From a bacterium (lineage in GTDB: Bacteria; Zhuqueibacterota; Zhuqueibacteria; Oceanimicrobiales; Oceanimicrobiaceae): a stretch of DNA of 23,746 bases. The first letter of the stretch is position 1, and each line of letters starts with the position of its first letter. Made by a program: the position numbers and the translations under genes. Positions 9,397 to 18,220 of the stretch are shown here, piece by piece. Below the pieces are notes generated by a model, which was not told the DNA's origin, did no database searches, and saw nothing but the letters and a program-made list of their open reading frames with translations. The stretch covers positions 1-23,746 of the forward strand of contig JBHHXN010000075.1 of NCBI GenBank assembly GCA_046757025.1, written 5' to 3'.

Positions 9397-10638
9397 ATGA
9401 ATTTTTATGCAATAATTATTTTAGTTACCCTGATATTCAGCTATTTATTGAGTCTCATTACCGAGCTCCTGAACTTGAAAGCGCTCAGGGATGACCTGCC
9501 TGAAGAATTTGAAGGGGTGTACGATGCTGAAAAGTACAGAAAATCGCAACAGTACACGCGTGTGAAAACCCGCTTTGGATTCATTACCTCCACCTTTGGT
9601 ATCGTTCTGACTTTGATTTTCTGGTTTGCTGGTGGCTTTAATTTTTTAGATCAAATTGTGAGAATTTGGCATTTGCCTCCCATTTTGACCGGATTATGTT
9701 ACATTGGAATTTTAATTTTAGCCAGGTCCATTTTATCTCTGCCGTTCAGTATTTACGCTACGTTTGTAATTGAAGAAAAATTTGGATTTAATAAAACCAC
9801 ACCGCTAACTTTTGTCACCGATATGTTGAAAGGCTTAGCTCTGGGCATTTTGCTGGGCACACCCTTGTTAGCTGGCATTCTGGCGTTTTTCCAATTTACA
9901 GGCCACCTCGCCTGGCTTTACTGCTGGATGGCTACCACGCTTTTTACTTTATTTGTGCAGTTTATCGCGCCTACCTGGATCATGCCGTTGTTCAATAAAT
10001 TCACCCCGCTGGAAGAAGGCGAGCTCAGAGAGGCGATTCTTTCTTACGCAGAATCTGTAAAATTTTCGTTGAAGAATCTGTTCGTGATAGACGGTTCTAA
10101 ACGATCCACCAAATCCAACGCGTTTTTTACGGGGTTTGGCAAAAACAAGCGCATCGCTCTGTTTGATACTTTGATCGAAAATCACACGGTACCAGAGCTG
10201 GTAGCAGTATTAGCGCACGAAATAGGGCACTACAAAAAAAAGCATATTCTTAAAAGTATGGTTATCAGCATTGTACACATGGGCGTGGTCTTTTATCTAC
10301 TGTCCATATTTGTAAGCCACGAAGGCCTGTTCAAAGCGTTTTATATGGAAGAGGCTTCTATCTACGCCGGCTTGATTTTCTTTGGGATGCTTTATTCTCC
10401 TATGGAATTAATCCTTTCGATTTTTATGCAGATTTTCTCACGCAAAAACGAGTACGAGGCGGATCGCTTTGCAGCAGAAACCACCCAAAATCCCGAATCG
10501 ATGATCTCGGCGCTGAAAAAATTGTCCGTTCATAATTTGTCCAATTTGACCCCGCATCCGCTGTACGTTTTTTTGAATTATTCCCATCCGCCTACGCTTG
10601 AGCGCATAAAAGCCATCCGTCAGTTGAAAATTGCCTGA
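9397..10638 (+). CDS. M48 family (Ste24/CAAX-type) membrane zinc metallopeptidase
   Basis: HEIGH (HExxH), NAFFTG, SRKNEYEAD, YSHPP...RI; multiple TM helices. Confidence 0.93.
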   Translation: MNFYAIIILVTLIFSYLLSLITELLNLKALRDDLPEEFEGVYDAEKYRKSQQYTRVKTRFGFITSTFGIVLTLIFWFAGGFNFLDQIVRIWHLPPILTGLCYIGILILARSILSLPFSIYATFVIEEKFGFNKTTPLTFVTDMLKGLALGILLGTPLLAGILAFFQFTGHLAWLYCWMATTLFTLFVQFIAPTWIMPLFNKFTPLEEGELREAILSYAESVKFSLKNLFVIDGSKRSTKSNAFFTGFGKNKRIALFDTLIENHTVPELVAVLAHEIGHYKKKHILKSMVISIVHMGVVFYLLSIFVSHEGLFKAFYMEEASIYAGLIFFGMLYSPMELILSIFMQIFSRKNEYEADRFAAETTQNPESMISALKKLSVHNLSNLTPHPLYVFLNYSHPPTLERIKAIRQLKIA

Positions 10639-10721
10639 GAGCATGACGGAATCGCTTGTAGAAATCCAATACTTGGTTCAAAGGGGAAATGCTTTTTAAA
10701 ATAAACGTTACTATTCAGGCG

Positions 10722-10822
10722 TGTCACTCCTGCGAATGCAGGAGTCTCCTGATGCAATCTTCATGTGAGGGGCTTCTGCAAACAGATTCCGGCATTTTGC
10801 TATCGCTTCAGCCGGAATGACA
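10722..10822. repeat. REP-like inverted doublet (GTCAYTCC... / ...GGAATGAC type) between convergent genes
   Basis: TGTCACTCCTGCGAATGCAGGAGTC hairpin at 10722-10746; GATTCCGGC...GCCGGAATGACA at 10785-10822. Confidence 0.65.
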
Positions 10823-10850
10823 GCGAAGGCAGAAAAGTTACAAAATAAAC

Positions 10851-10886
10851 AAAAAAAGCCCGGATTACACTGCAAAAAATCCGGGC
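10851..10886 (-). terminator. intrinsic terminator of the arsR-SRPBCC-secreted protein unit
   Basis: 9-bp stem GCCCGGATT/AATCCGGGC followed on the minus strand by T7, about 22 nt after the stop at 10909. Confidence 0.8.
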
Positions 10887-10908
10887 ATCAACATTCAATT
10901 TTGATAGA

Positions 10909-11424
10909 TTATTTTTTGCTGTATTCTACACGCGTCAACTCAAAACCCACGACTTTTTCCTCGTTATCAGCCATCCAGGTCCATTGCTGTTTTAAGGTAT
11001 TGCCATCGGTGAATGTGAGCATGAGTTTGTGCATGTGACCGTCGGTTTCTTTGGCCAGATTGGTGGCGTCCAAAAACGAGAAACGAATCTGAGACGGGTT
11101 TTTGGAATTTGCCTCAGCCAACATGCGCGGTTGATTCTGCGCCGCGCAATAGTGCGTCATCATCAATTTGTCGCCGTCCAGATGATACATGGTCAGCATG
11201 TTGGGCTCGTTTTCAGGCATGAGTTTCTCCACCACCACCGAACCGTTGGAGAAGACTTCATAACTCACTTTGACATTTTTACCTTCGGTGTTTTTCCCCT
11301 GCCACTCCCCCGCCAGCGCTTTGATTCTCGTGAACTGTTCAGCGGCATTTTCACCAGCCAGGGCTTGTGAGCCGATATATGTAAACGCGATAAAAATCAG
11401 CATGATGGTTTTAAAGTACTTCAT
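10909..11424 (-). CDS. secreted hypothetical protein (predicted beta-rich)
   Basis: Sec signal peptide MKYFK...ALA; THYCAAQNQPRM and GHMH motifs; AGGAGG RBS. Confidence 0.8.
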   Translation of the reverse strand: MKYFKTIMLIFIAFTYIGSQALAGENAAEQFTRIKALAGEWQGKNTEGKNVKVSYEVFSNGSVVVEKLMPENEPNMLTMYHLDGDKLMMTHYCAAQNQPRMLAEANSKNPSQIRFSFLDATNLAKETDGHMHKLMLTFTDGNTLKQQWTWMADNEEKVVGFELTRVEYSKK

Positions 11425-11540
11425 AATGTAAATCCTCCTGTTAATTTGTTGTTATGGGATGGTTTGATTTGTATTTAACTTCTTGATATGGCTAATTTGC
11501 TCACTCACTGACATCTGAATTGATCAATCGTTTTTCCTGT

Positions 11541-11987
11541 TTAAAGGGCTCTGCCTAATTGCTCAAGACAACCGATCCAACCTTCGTTGTGTTTGTCGCG
11601 TTGTTCCCTGTCGGGGAATTGCTCGTGAATCAATTCCACTTCGGTGTATTTGCCCTTGTCGTGAAATAGTACGGTTACCAGCGTTTCGTAGGGATTCTCG
11701 CCTTCCCAGCTCCAGGTGTAAACGAGTTTTTCAGGTGGTTGCACAGTACGGTACTCACCCTGAACGACATACTGATTGCCGGTTTCCGGCGAGTGCATGC
11801 CGAGACGATATTTACCGCCCACTCGCAAATCAACCTCTGCCACCGGCGTCGACCAGTTTTCCTGAACGCGCCACCATTTTTTTAAGAAAGCCGGATCAGT
11901 CCAGGCTTTAAAAACGTTTTCACGCGGGGCTGCAAAGGTGCGTTTTAAACACAGGGTGGTTTCGGATGTTAAATCGGGATCTATCAT
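11541..11987 (-). CDS. SRPBCC/AHSA1-like domain protein
   Basis: RTFAAPRENVFKAWTDP, DLRVGGKYR, LVYTW, HNEGW; ATGA overlap with the arsR stop. Confidence 0.92.
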   Translation of the reverse strand: MIDPDLTSETTLCLKRTFAAPRENVFKAWTDPAFLKKWWRVQENWSTPVAEVDLRVGGKYRLGMHSPETGNQYVVQGEYRTVQPPEKLVYTWSWEGENPYETLVTVLFHDKGKYTEVELIHEQFPDREQRDKHNEGWIGCLEQLGRAL

Positions 11988-12334
11988 GATTTTCCCTCCT
12001 TTTTGGGTTGGGATTCTTTTAAGTACTCATCCAGAGCCTCAAATTGTTCATGCCAGAACTTTTTATATTTGGCGATCCAATTCAAAGCATCGTTCATAGG
12101 TTCGGTGTTTAAGCGGCAGCGATGCACACGACCGGTTTTTTCACGAGTCAGCAGACCAGCCTTTTCGAGAATACGCAAATGTTTCGAGATGGCAGGCAGC
12201 GAAATGTTGAACGGTTCGGCCAGCTCGGAAACCGTGCACTCGCTTTTGGCCAGCCGCATGATGATGGCCCGCCGGGTGGCGTCGGCCAGTGCCATGAAGG
12301 TGAAGTCTAATTTGTTGGTATAAAACTTAACCAT
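11984..12334 (-). CDS. ArsR/SmtB family transcriptional regulator
   Basis: FMALADATRRAI, ELAEPFNISLPAISKHLRILEKAGL; start at ATG 12334, 7 nt after the -10 box. Confidence 0.92.
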   Translation of the reverse strand: MVKFYTNKLDFTFMALADATRRAIIMRLAKSECTVSELAEPFNISLPAISKHLRILEKAGLLTREKTGRVHRCRLNTEPMNDALNWIAKYKKFWHEQFEALDEYLKESQPKKEGKS

Positions 12335-12370
12335 ACGGTTAAATATAGGCAATTAAAAATTGTGAGTCAA
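12327..12370 (-). promoter_or_regulatory. arsR promoter with palindromic operator over the start codon
   Basis: TTGACT (12370-12365), 17 nt spacer, TATATT (12347-12342); TTAACC-N4-GGTTAA at 12327-12342. Confidence 0.75.
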
Positions 12371-12844
12371 GCGAAAAGATTAAAAAATGTCTTTGTATTT
12401 TCAAACGAATCATCCGTATAAATTGCCAGTAAAACGTCGCTTGTTACGAATTGTTGCGCTCAGGGTTACGCATTCCCATTAAATTGTTTGTACATAATTA
12501 ATTAAAAATAGGATGTTTTCATTGTGGGGGTAAATATGGCGTTGACTTATTTAAAATGGATTGCTGCTTGTTCAACTCATTGCCCACTAAAAAATATCTT
12601 CCAATAAATTCCAGCCATCAGAATTCTTACTTTGAGGTAATCGATCTGACCAGATAGTTCAATCAATCAAAAAAGTCCAGCTTTTATCTTTAAGGACATG
12701 GATGTAAATATGAAGCCTTTCAAAATTAATCTAAGGAGGGAAGGCTGGAAAGGACATACCCATTTCATACCGAATTATTTTCAAGATGTGGATTGTGACC
12801 GTTTGCGCATCCTGAAAATTTCACGGCAAGTGATTCGACCGGGG

Positions 12845-13798
12845 ATGCTTGCCTGCTATTCTATTCTGTTCGCCGCGGCAATTTTTCTTTTCGGCGGTTG
12901 TTCCATAAAAAAATTAGCCATCAATTCTTTTGCGGATGCTCTCACCGAAGGCAGCGCCGGCGTTTATGCCTCGGATGACGATCCCGAGCTCATTGGCCAG
13001 GCCCTGCCCTTTGCGTTAAAAACCATGGAGTCGCTGCTGCAATCCGCACCGGATAACAAGCAACTGCTGATTGCGGCCGCTTCTGGATTCGTGCAATACG
13101 CCCATGCGTATGTGCTGCGTCCGGCCATAAGTCAGGAAAATTCCGATCTGCAAGCATCGCGGGCGGGACGAGAACGGGCCAAACGATTGTTTATTCGAGC
13201 ACGGAACTATGGCTTACGAGCACTTGCCACCCAGTATCCTAATCTCCCGCAAACTTTGAATTCGGATCCCGCCTCAGCTCTTTCTGGAGTACAGCGGGCA
13301 GATATTGCGTCGTTGTACTGGACCGGCGTAGCCTGGGGCTCGGCCATTTCGGTGTCCAAAGACGATATGAATCTGGTGGGAGAGCTGCCCATCGTGCAGG
13401 CGCTGCTCAATCGGGCTTTAGAACTGGATGAGTCCTGGCAAGACGGCGCCATCCACGAATTTTTCATCGTTTTTGAGGCTGGCCGTTCGGAAGCCGAAGG
13501 CGGCGGCGTGGCCAAAGCCGAGCAGCATTTCAAGCGGGCAATGGCATTGAATCAGGGACATTCCATCAGTCCGCTGGTAGCGTTCGCTGAATCCGTTTGT
13601 GTGAAACAGCAGGCTCGGAAGCGATTCAGGGAGCTGCTCACACAAGCCCTCAATTTTGATGTGGATGGATTTTCACAGAATCGTTTATCCAACATTCTGG
13701 CGCAGCGGAAAGCGGCGGAGCTGTTAAAAAATATCGATTTATTGTTTTATGTTGATGAGGATGAATCTTTTGATCCGAATGCCATTTCAAATGAGTGA
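12845..13798 (+). CDS. TRAP transporter TatT component (TPAT lipoprotein, cryptic TPR)
   Basis: lipobox LFGGC, DDDPELIGQALPFALKTMESLL, GFVQYA, AEQHFKRA; dctP/dctQM downstream; true start uncertain (ORF open from 12698). Confidence 0.85.
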   Translation: MLACYSILFAAAIFLFGGCSIKKLAINSFADALTEGSAGVYASDDDPELIGQALPFALKTMESLLQSAPDNKQLLIAAASGFVQYAHAYVLRPAISQENSDLQASRAGRERAKRLFIRARNYGLRALATQYPNLPQTLNSDPASALSGVQRADIASLYWTGVAWGSAISVSKDDMNLVGELPIVQALLNRALELDESWQDGAIHEFFIVFEAGRSEAEGGGVAKAEQHFKRAMALNQGHSISPLVAFAESVCVKQQARKRFRELLTQALNFDVDGFSQNRLSNILAQRKAAELLKNIDLLFYVDEDESFDPNAISNE

Positions 13799-13895
13799 AG
13801 AACTAATTTCAAACACCATTGAACCAATCAAATCGTTTGTAAACACGAATTGAATTGCAGATAAAATTTAACTTTATGTACAGAGGGATAACGAA

Positions 13896-14888
13896 ATGGC
13901 CAACAACCAATCTCCAAATCATTTAGATGAAAGGGAAATGGTCGCCATGCTTCGGAAAGAGGCCGGCGAGGTTAAAGATTGTTTTACGAGATTTTCTTTT
14001 CAGGCCATCGCTTTTACTTCGGTTTTGCTGGGAATTGTATTTCGCTATTTATTCGAACATCCATTTGTAAGCCTGGCCAGTATTCCCGTCATCGGTTTGT
14101 TGCTGGCGGTCTCTCGAATTGGCATTTATAAGTACGGCACGGCGAATCGCAATTACGGTTACGAGCTTTATTTGAATAGTGCCAGACATTTCAACATCAC
14201 CGCTAACACCCGTTGGCAGCCGCACATGAAACAAATCGGTTGGGAGGAAGCGTTGCGTGCCTGGCGTATTGTTCAGGCGTCCATGTTTAAGCACATTTAT
14301 GTTGTCGGTATGTTTCGCTTCAATCGACTTAGGAAAAAACATAAGAAGGAGTTGAAATACAAGTGGTTTGCGCCAAAAGCCTTAATTAAGGATAAAGCGC
14401 ACTATCACGCCGGCACTTACTTGAAAACCATGTTGGCGGTTTTGCACACGCTGGCTATTTTTTCATTCACCCCTCTCGTCATGGGGAGTTATTTGATTTA
14501 CGTATCGGTTAATCAAAATTTTCCCAATCTACTTTATCCATTTATTATCACGGCCGCTGTATTTTGGCTGCTGCTGACAAGTTTTGTATTCAACCGTATC
14601 ATGCAGGATCATTCCAGAAGAAAAATTCTGGAAGGAGGGTTGCTGTGCATTCATTCCTGCTCGATTATCTGGCCGACGGTGGTGGTTACGCATTACCAGG
14701 CGTTAGAAGCGCTGCGAAACCAGGCCCAGAGCAAAGGAGTGGGATTCCGAAACTATACCGAATACCTTGCCGAAGTCGTTTATCATTTTCTCAAAGAATA
14801 CGACATTTCAGACATTCACTACTGGTTTTTGGGAGATAAAACCACTGCAAGCTCTGTGTATTCAACCTATCAAAATAATGTTAATTGA
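13896..14888 (+). CDS. hypothetical membrane protein (about 4 TM in two hairpins), 330 aa
   Basis: long ORF with AGAGGG RBS; two hydrophobic hairpins separated by a basic soluble region; no family recognised. Confidence 0.75.
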   Translation: MANNQSPNHLDEREMVAMLRKEAGEVKDCFTRFSFQAIAFTSVLLGIVFRYLFEHPFVSLASIPVIGLLLAVSRIGIYKYGTANRNYGYELYLNSARHFNITANTRWQPHMKQIGWEEALRAWRIVQASMFKHIYVVGMFRFNRLRKKHKKELKYKWFAPKALIKDKAHYHAGTYLKTMLAVLHTLAIFSFTPLVMGSYLIYVSVNQNFPNLLYPFIITAAVFWLLLTSFVFNRIMQDHSRRKILEGGLLCIHSCSIIWPTVVVTHYQALEALRNQAQSKGVGFRNYTEYLAEVVYHFLKEYDISDIHYWFLGDKTTASSVYSTYQNNVN

Positions 14889-14987
14889 TCAAATCATGAG
14901 ATGAAAAATCGGTAATGGTGAATTCAAATTAAGGACTTTACTGGAGCGAAAAATTTGTCATGCCAAATTTACGCAGGAGGTATTAAC

Positions 14988-16046
14988 ATGAGTCAAAAAA
15001 AAATTACCGAAATCAGTGTAGTTTGTTTGATAATTTTTTTTCAAACCATGGTCATCCCCAGTCAATTCGTCTTTGCAAAGAGTAAAAACAAACCGAACGA
15101 TGTAAAGCCCATGGTCATCAAAATGTCGACGCTGGCGCCTAGCGGTTCTCCCTGGCATGAAATTATTAAAGATATGGCGGCTGAATGGAAAGAGCTCAGC
15201 GACGGCCAAATCGTCTTGAGAATTTACCCCGGCGGGGTTGCTGGCGATGAAGCCGATATGGTCAGAAAGATACGCATCGGGCAATTGCATGCCGCAGCGA
15301 TTACCAACGGTGGGCTGAGTCGAATTGCACCGGAGGTGAACGTCTTAACCATACCCATGGCCGTGGATTCCTGGGAATCGCTGGACAGAGTGCGCTTCGT
15401 GATGTCCGCCCGACTGGAAGCGCTGTTTCGGGAAAAAGGATTCGTCATACTGAATTGGGGTGACGCCGGCTGGGTTCGCTTTTTCGTCCCCGATAAATTA
15501 CCAACCGTGGACACCGTGCAAAAAGCGAAGTTGTTTGTATGGTCTGGCGATGATAGAACCGTTGAAATTTGGAAATCGGCTGGTTTTAATGTGGTGCCGT
15601 TATCCGCAACGGATATTTTACCCGGTTTGCAGACCGGCATGATCAACGCGTTCAACACCACGCCCATCATGGCACTGGCCACCCAGTGGTTTGCGTTTAC
15701 CGAATACATGATCGACATGCCGTGGGCGCCGCTTATCGGAGCCACTGTCATAAGTTTGAAATCGTGGAACAAGATCCCCGAACCCCTGCGCATCAAGTTT
15801 CGCAAAAGTGCCGAAAAAACCGGCATGCGTATGCAGCGAGAGATTCGCCGGCTTGAAAAAGAAGCGACCCTGGCCATGCAAAAACATGGACTCAAAATTA
15901 TCACTCCCACAGAAAATCAAAAAAAACAATGGCGCGCGGTGATGCAGACCACCTACTCCAAAATCCGTGGTACCATCGTTCCTGAGCAATGGTTCGATGA
16001 GGCTTTGAACGCTGCGGCAAACGAGATGTTAACGAATGGGTATTGA
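14988..16046 (+). CDS. dctP: TRAP transporter substrate-binding protein DctP (TatP type)
   Basis: signal peptide; IKMSTLAPSGSPW, YPGGVAGDE, ILPGLQTGMI; AGGAGG RBS before ATG 14988. Confidence 0.9.
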   Translation: MSQKKITEISVVCLIIFFQTMVIPSQFVFAKSKNKPNDVKPMVIKMSTLAPSGSPWHEIIKDMAAEWKELSDGQIVLRIYPGGVAGDEADMVRKIRIGQLHAAAITNGGLSRIAPEVNVLTIPMAVDSWESLDRVRFVMSARLEALFREKGFVILNWGDAGWVRFFVPDKLPTVDTVQKAKLFVWSGDDRTVEIWKSAGFNVVPLSATDILPGLQTGMINAFNTTPIMALATQWFAFTEYMIDMPWAPLIGATVISLKSWNKIPEPLRIKFRKSAEKTGMRMQREIRRLEKEATLAMQKHGLKIITPTENQKKQWRAVMQTTYSKIRGTIVPEQWFDEALNAAANEMLTNGY

Positions 16047-17889
16047 TGTTCTGGCGTTAAATTACGCTTATATCGATAAACGAAAAATTAAAAAAGCCAT
16101 CGCTCGTTCCGCGCGCGGCTTGATGGCTTTGTTGTTGTTTGTCATGGTACTCATTCCTTTGCTGGAAGCCGCGGGGAGGCGGTTTGCTGGAATCGGTATT
16201 CCAGGCGCGGCCGGTTGGGTGCAGCATCTCACACTCTGGCTGGGTTTGTTGGGTGCGATTTTAGCGACCTTTCGGCGCCGCCATCTGGCCATTGCTACCA
16301 GCGAAGTCTTCTCTATTTCCCGTTTTGATTCGTATTTCATGTTTCTGAGCGGCATAGGCGCAGCAGCGGTGTTGCTGTGTCTCACCTGGGCTGCTTTCGT
16401 ACTGGTCAGATACCAGATGGACAGCCCGGAATCGCTGGGAGGTTGGCTGCCGGTGTGGCTGGCGCAATTGACCATGCCTTTGGCGTTTTTTTGCATGGCT
16501 TTTGGCACGGTTTTTAGAAGCACGTACAATTGGCGTCGGCGCTTACTCCTGCTCCTTCTGGCAATAATGATGGGGCCAGGGCTCGCATTGATGCCGGCTG
16601 AAATCCGAATGGCTGTAAATATACCCGGAGTTATTTTCATTCTCGTACTGGCCCTATTGGGAATGCCACTCTATACTGTACTGGGGGGGATCGGTTTGCT
16701 GCTGTTTTTCAGTGCCGGTATTCCGATTGCAGCGTTACCCGCAGAAACCTATCGACTGGTTACACAGCCCGTGTTACCGAGCATTCCTTTGTTTGCTTTA
16801 GCCGGCACAGTTTTAGCCGCCGGCGGCGCACCGAAAACCCTGGTGAAGCTGGTGCAAGCCTGGACGAGCTGGCTGCCGGGCGGGCCCGCTATTTCGACCA
16901 TTTTAGGATGCGCCATCTTTACCGCCATAACCGGCGCCTCGGGTGTCACCATTCTGGCGCTGGGCGGTTTGCTGCTCCCTGTATTGCTGGCAGCCAAGCA
17001 TCAGCAGAAATTTAGCATGGGTCTTTTGACTTCTTCAGGCTCCGTAGGATTGCTTTTCCCGCCCAGTTTGCCGGTGATCCTTTACGGCGTTTACGGGCAC
17101 GTGGCCATCGACAAGCTTTTTCTAGCGGCGCTGGTGCCCGGATTAATGCTCATTTTACTATTAATCTTTTTCAGTCAATACATGGGTCGTAATCGCGATC
17201 TGGTTCGACCACAATTCGATCTGCGAAAAGCGGCTGCGGCTACCTGGGAGGCCAAAGGTTATTTGTTGCTTCCCATCGTGGTCATCGTCGGCTTGTTTGG
17301 CGGCGTGATGACGCTGGTAGAAACCGCTGCCCTGACGGCTTTAGGGGCCATCGTTTTGGAAGCCGTTTTTCACAAAAACCTGCAAATTCGCTCGGATTTA
17401 CCCAAAGCCATGATCGAATCGTCGGTGGTGGTGGGTGCTTTGCTGGTAGTGATGGGAATCGCCTTGGGTCTCGTTTCTTACATGGTGGACGCCGAAGTGC
17501 CGCAACGGGCAAGCGAGTGGGTGCAAAGTGCCATTCAATCAAAGTGGCTATTTCTGCTGATTTTGAACGGTATGCTGCTTCTGGTTGGGGCGTTGATGGA
17601 TATTTTTTCGGCCATCGTGGTGATGGTGCCGTTGATCGTGCCCATCGGCCTATCCTTCGGAATCGATCCCGTGCATCTGGGTGTGATATTTTTAGCCAAT
17701 CTTGAATTGGGTTATCTCACACCGCCCGTGGGCATGAATCTCTTCCTGTCGTCGCTGCGGTTTAAGCAACCCTTGATTGAAATCTGGCGAACGGTCATCC
17801 CATTTCTCGCCATCTTCGCCATTTGGGTTTTGTCCATTACCTACCTGCCGTTTCTTTCCGTGGGCCTGGCGAATATTTTCGGGCGCTGA
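16036..17889 (+). CDS. TRAP transporter fused small/large permease (DctQM)
   Basis: N-terminal DctQ-like region (LWLGLLGA..RRHLAI) followed by DctM motifs SIPLF, GLLFPPS, GIDPVHLG, LTPPVGMNLF. Confidence 0.9.
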   Translation: MGIDVLALNYAYIDKRKIKKAIARSARGLMALLLFVMVLIPLLEAAGRRFAGIGIPGAAGWVQHLTLWLGLLGAILATFRRRHLAIATSEVFSISRFDSYFMFLSGIGAAAVLLCLTWAAFVLVRYQMDSPESLGGWLPVWLAQLTMPLAFFCMAFGTVFRSTYNWRRRLLLLLLAIMMGPGLALMPAEIRMAVNIPGVIFILVLALLGMPLYTVLGGIGLLLFFSAGIPIAALPAETYRLVTQPVLPSIPLFALAGTVLAAGGAPKTLVKLVQAWTSWLPGGPAISTILGCAIFTAITGASGVTILALGGLLLPVLLAAKHQQKFSMGLLTSSGSVGLLFPPSLPVILYGVYGHVAIDKLFLAALVPGLMLILLLIFFSQYMGRNRDLVRPQFDLRKAAAATWEAKGYLLLPIVVIVGLFGGVMTLVETAALTALGAIVLEAVFHKNLQIRSDLPKAMIESSVVVGALLVVMGIALGLVSYMVDAEVPQRASEWVQSAIQSKWLFLLILNGMLLLVGALMDIFSAIVVMVPLIVPIGLSFGIDPVHLGVIFLANLELGYLTPPVGMNLFLSSLRFKQPLIEIWRTVIPFLAIFAIWVLSITYLPFLSVGLANIFGR

Positions 17890-18081
17890 CAAATATATGA
17901 TGACATCCACCACCGTTATCCGCACAGACCAGCCGGTTTAGTTGACCGATTAATAAAATTGCTTGACACAAGAATATTCAAAACGATTAATTTATTTGGA
18001 TTTTCGTAATCGTGTATCGGAATCGTTCCCGCCTGTTCTTGTTTCGAATTGACAGAATCCTTTTGCACTCCTAAAAATTCC

Positions 18082-18110
18082 TTGCATTTTTACGTCAAAA
18101 AGGTTATTTT
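18082..18110 (+). promoter_or_regulatory. possible sigma70-type promoter for the GMC operon
   Basis: TTGCAT (18082-18087), 17 nt spacer, TATTTT (18105-18110). Confidence 0.45.
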
Positions 18111-18150
18111 TGCAACCAAATTACAGCTAAATATTTAGAGACACCCGATG

Positions 18151-18191
18151 AAACGCCCCTCGCTGTAATAAAAGCGGGTGGCGTTTTATAT
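18151..18191 (+). terminator. terminator-like hairpin upstream of the GMC gene (leader attenuator or end of the TRAP transcript)
   Basis: AAACGCC/GGCGTTT plus CTCGCT/AGCGGG, 8-nt loop, ending in TTTTATAT. Confidence 0.5.
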
Positions 18192-18220
18192 GTAGAGGCT
18201 TGGTTAAATGATATTACATT

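Noticed and set aside
12698..12844. 49-aa extension before the TatT signal peptide
   Set aside because: Would put the lipobox Cys unusually far from the start; a later start is more plausible
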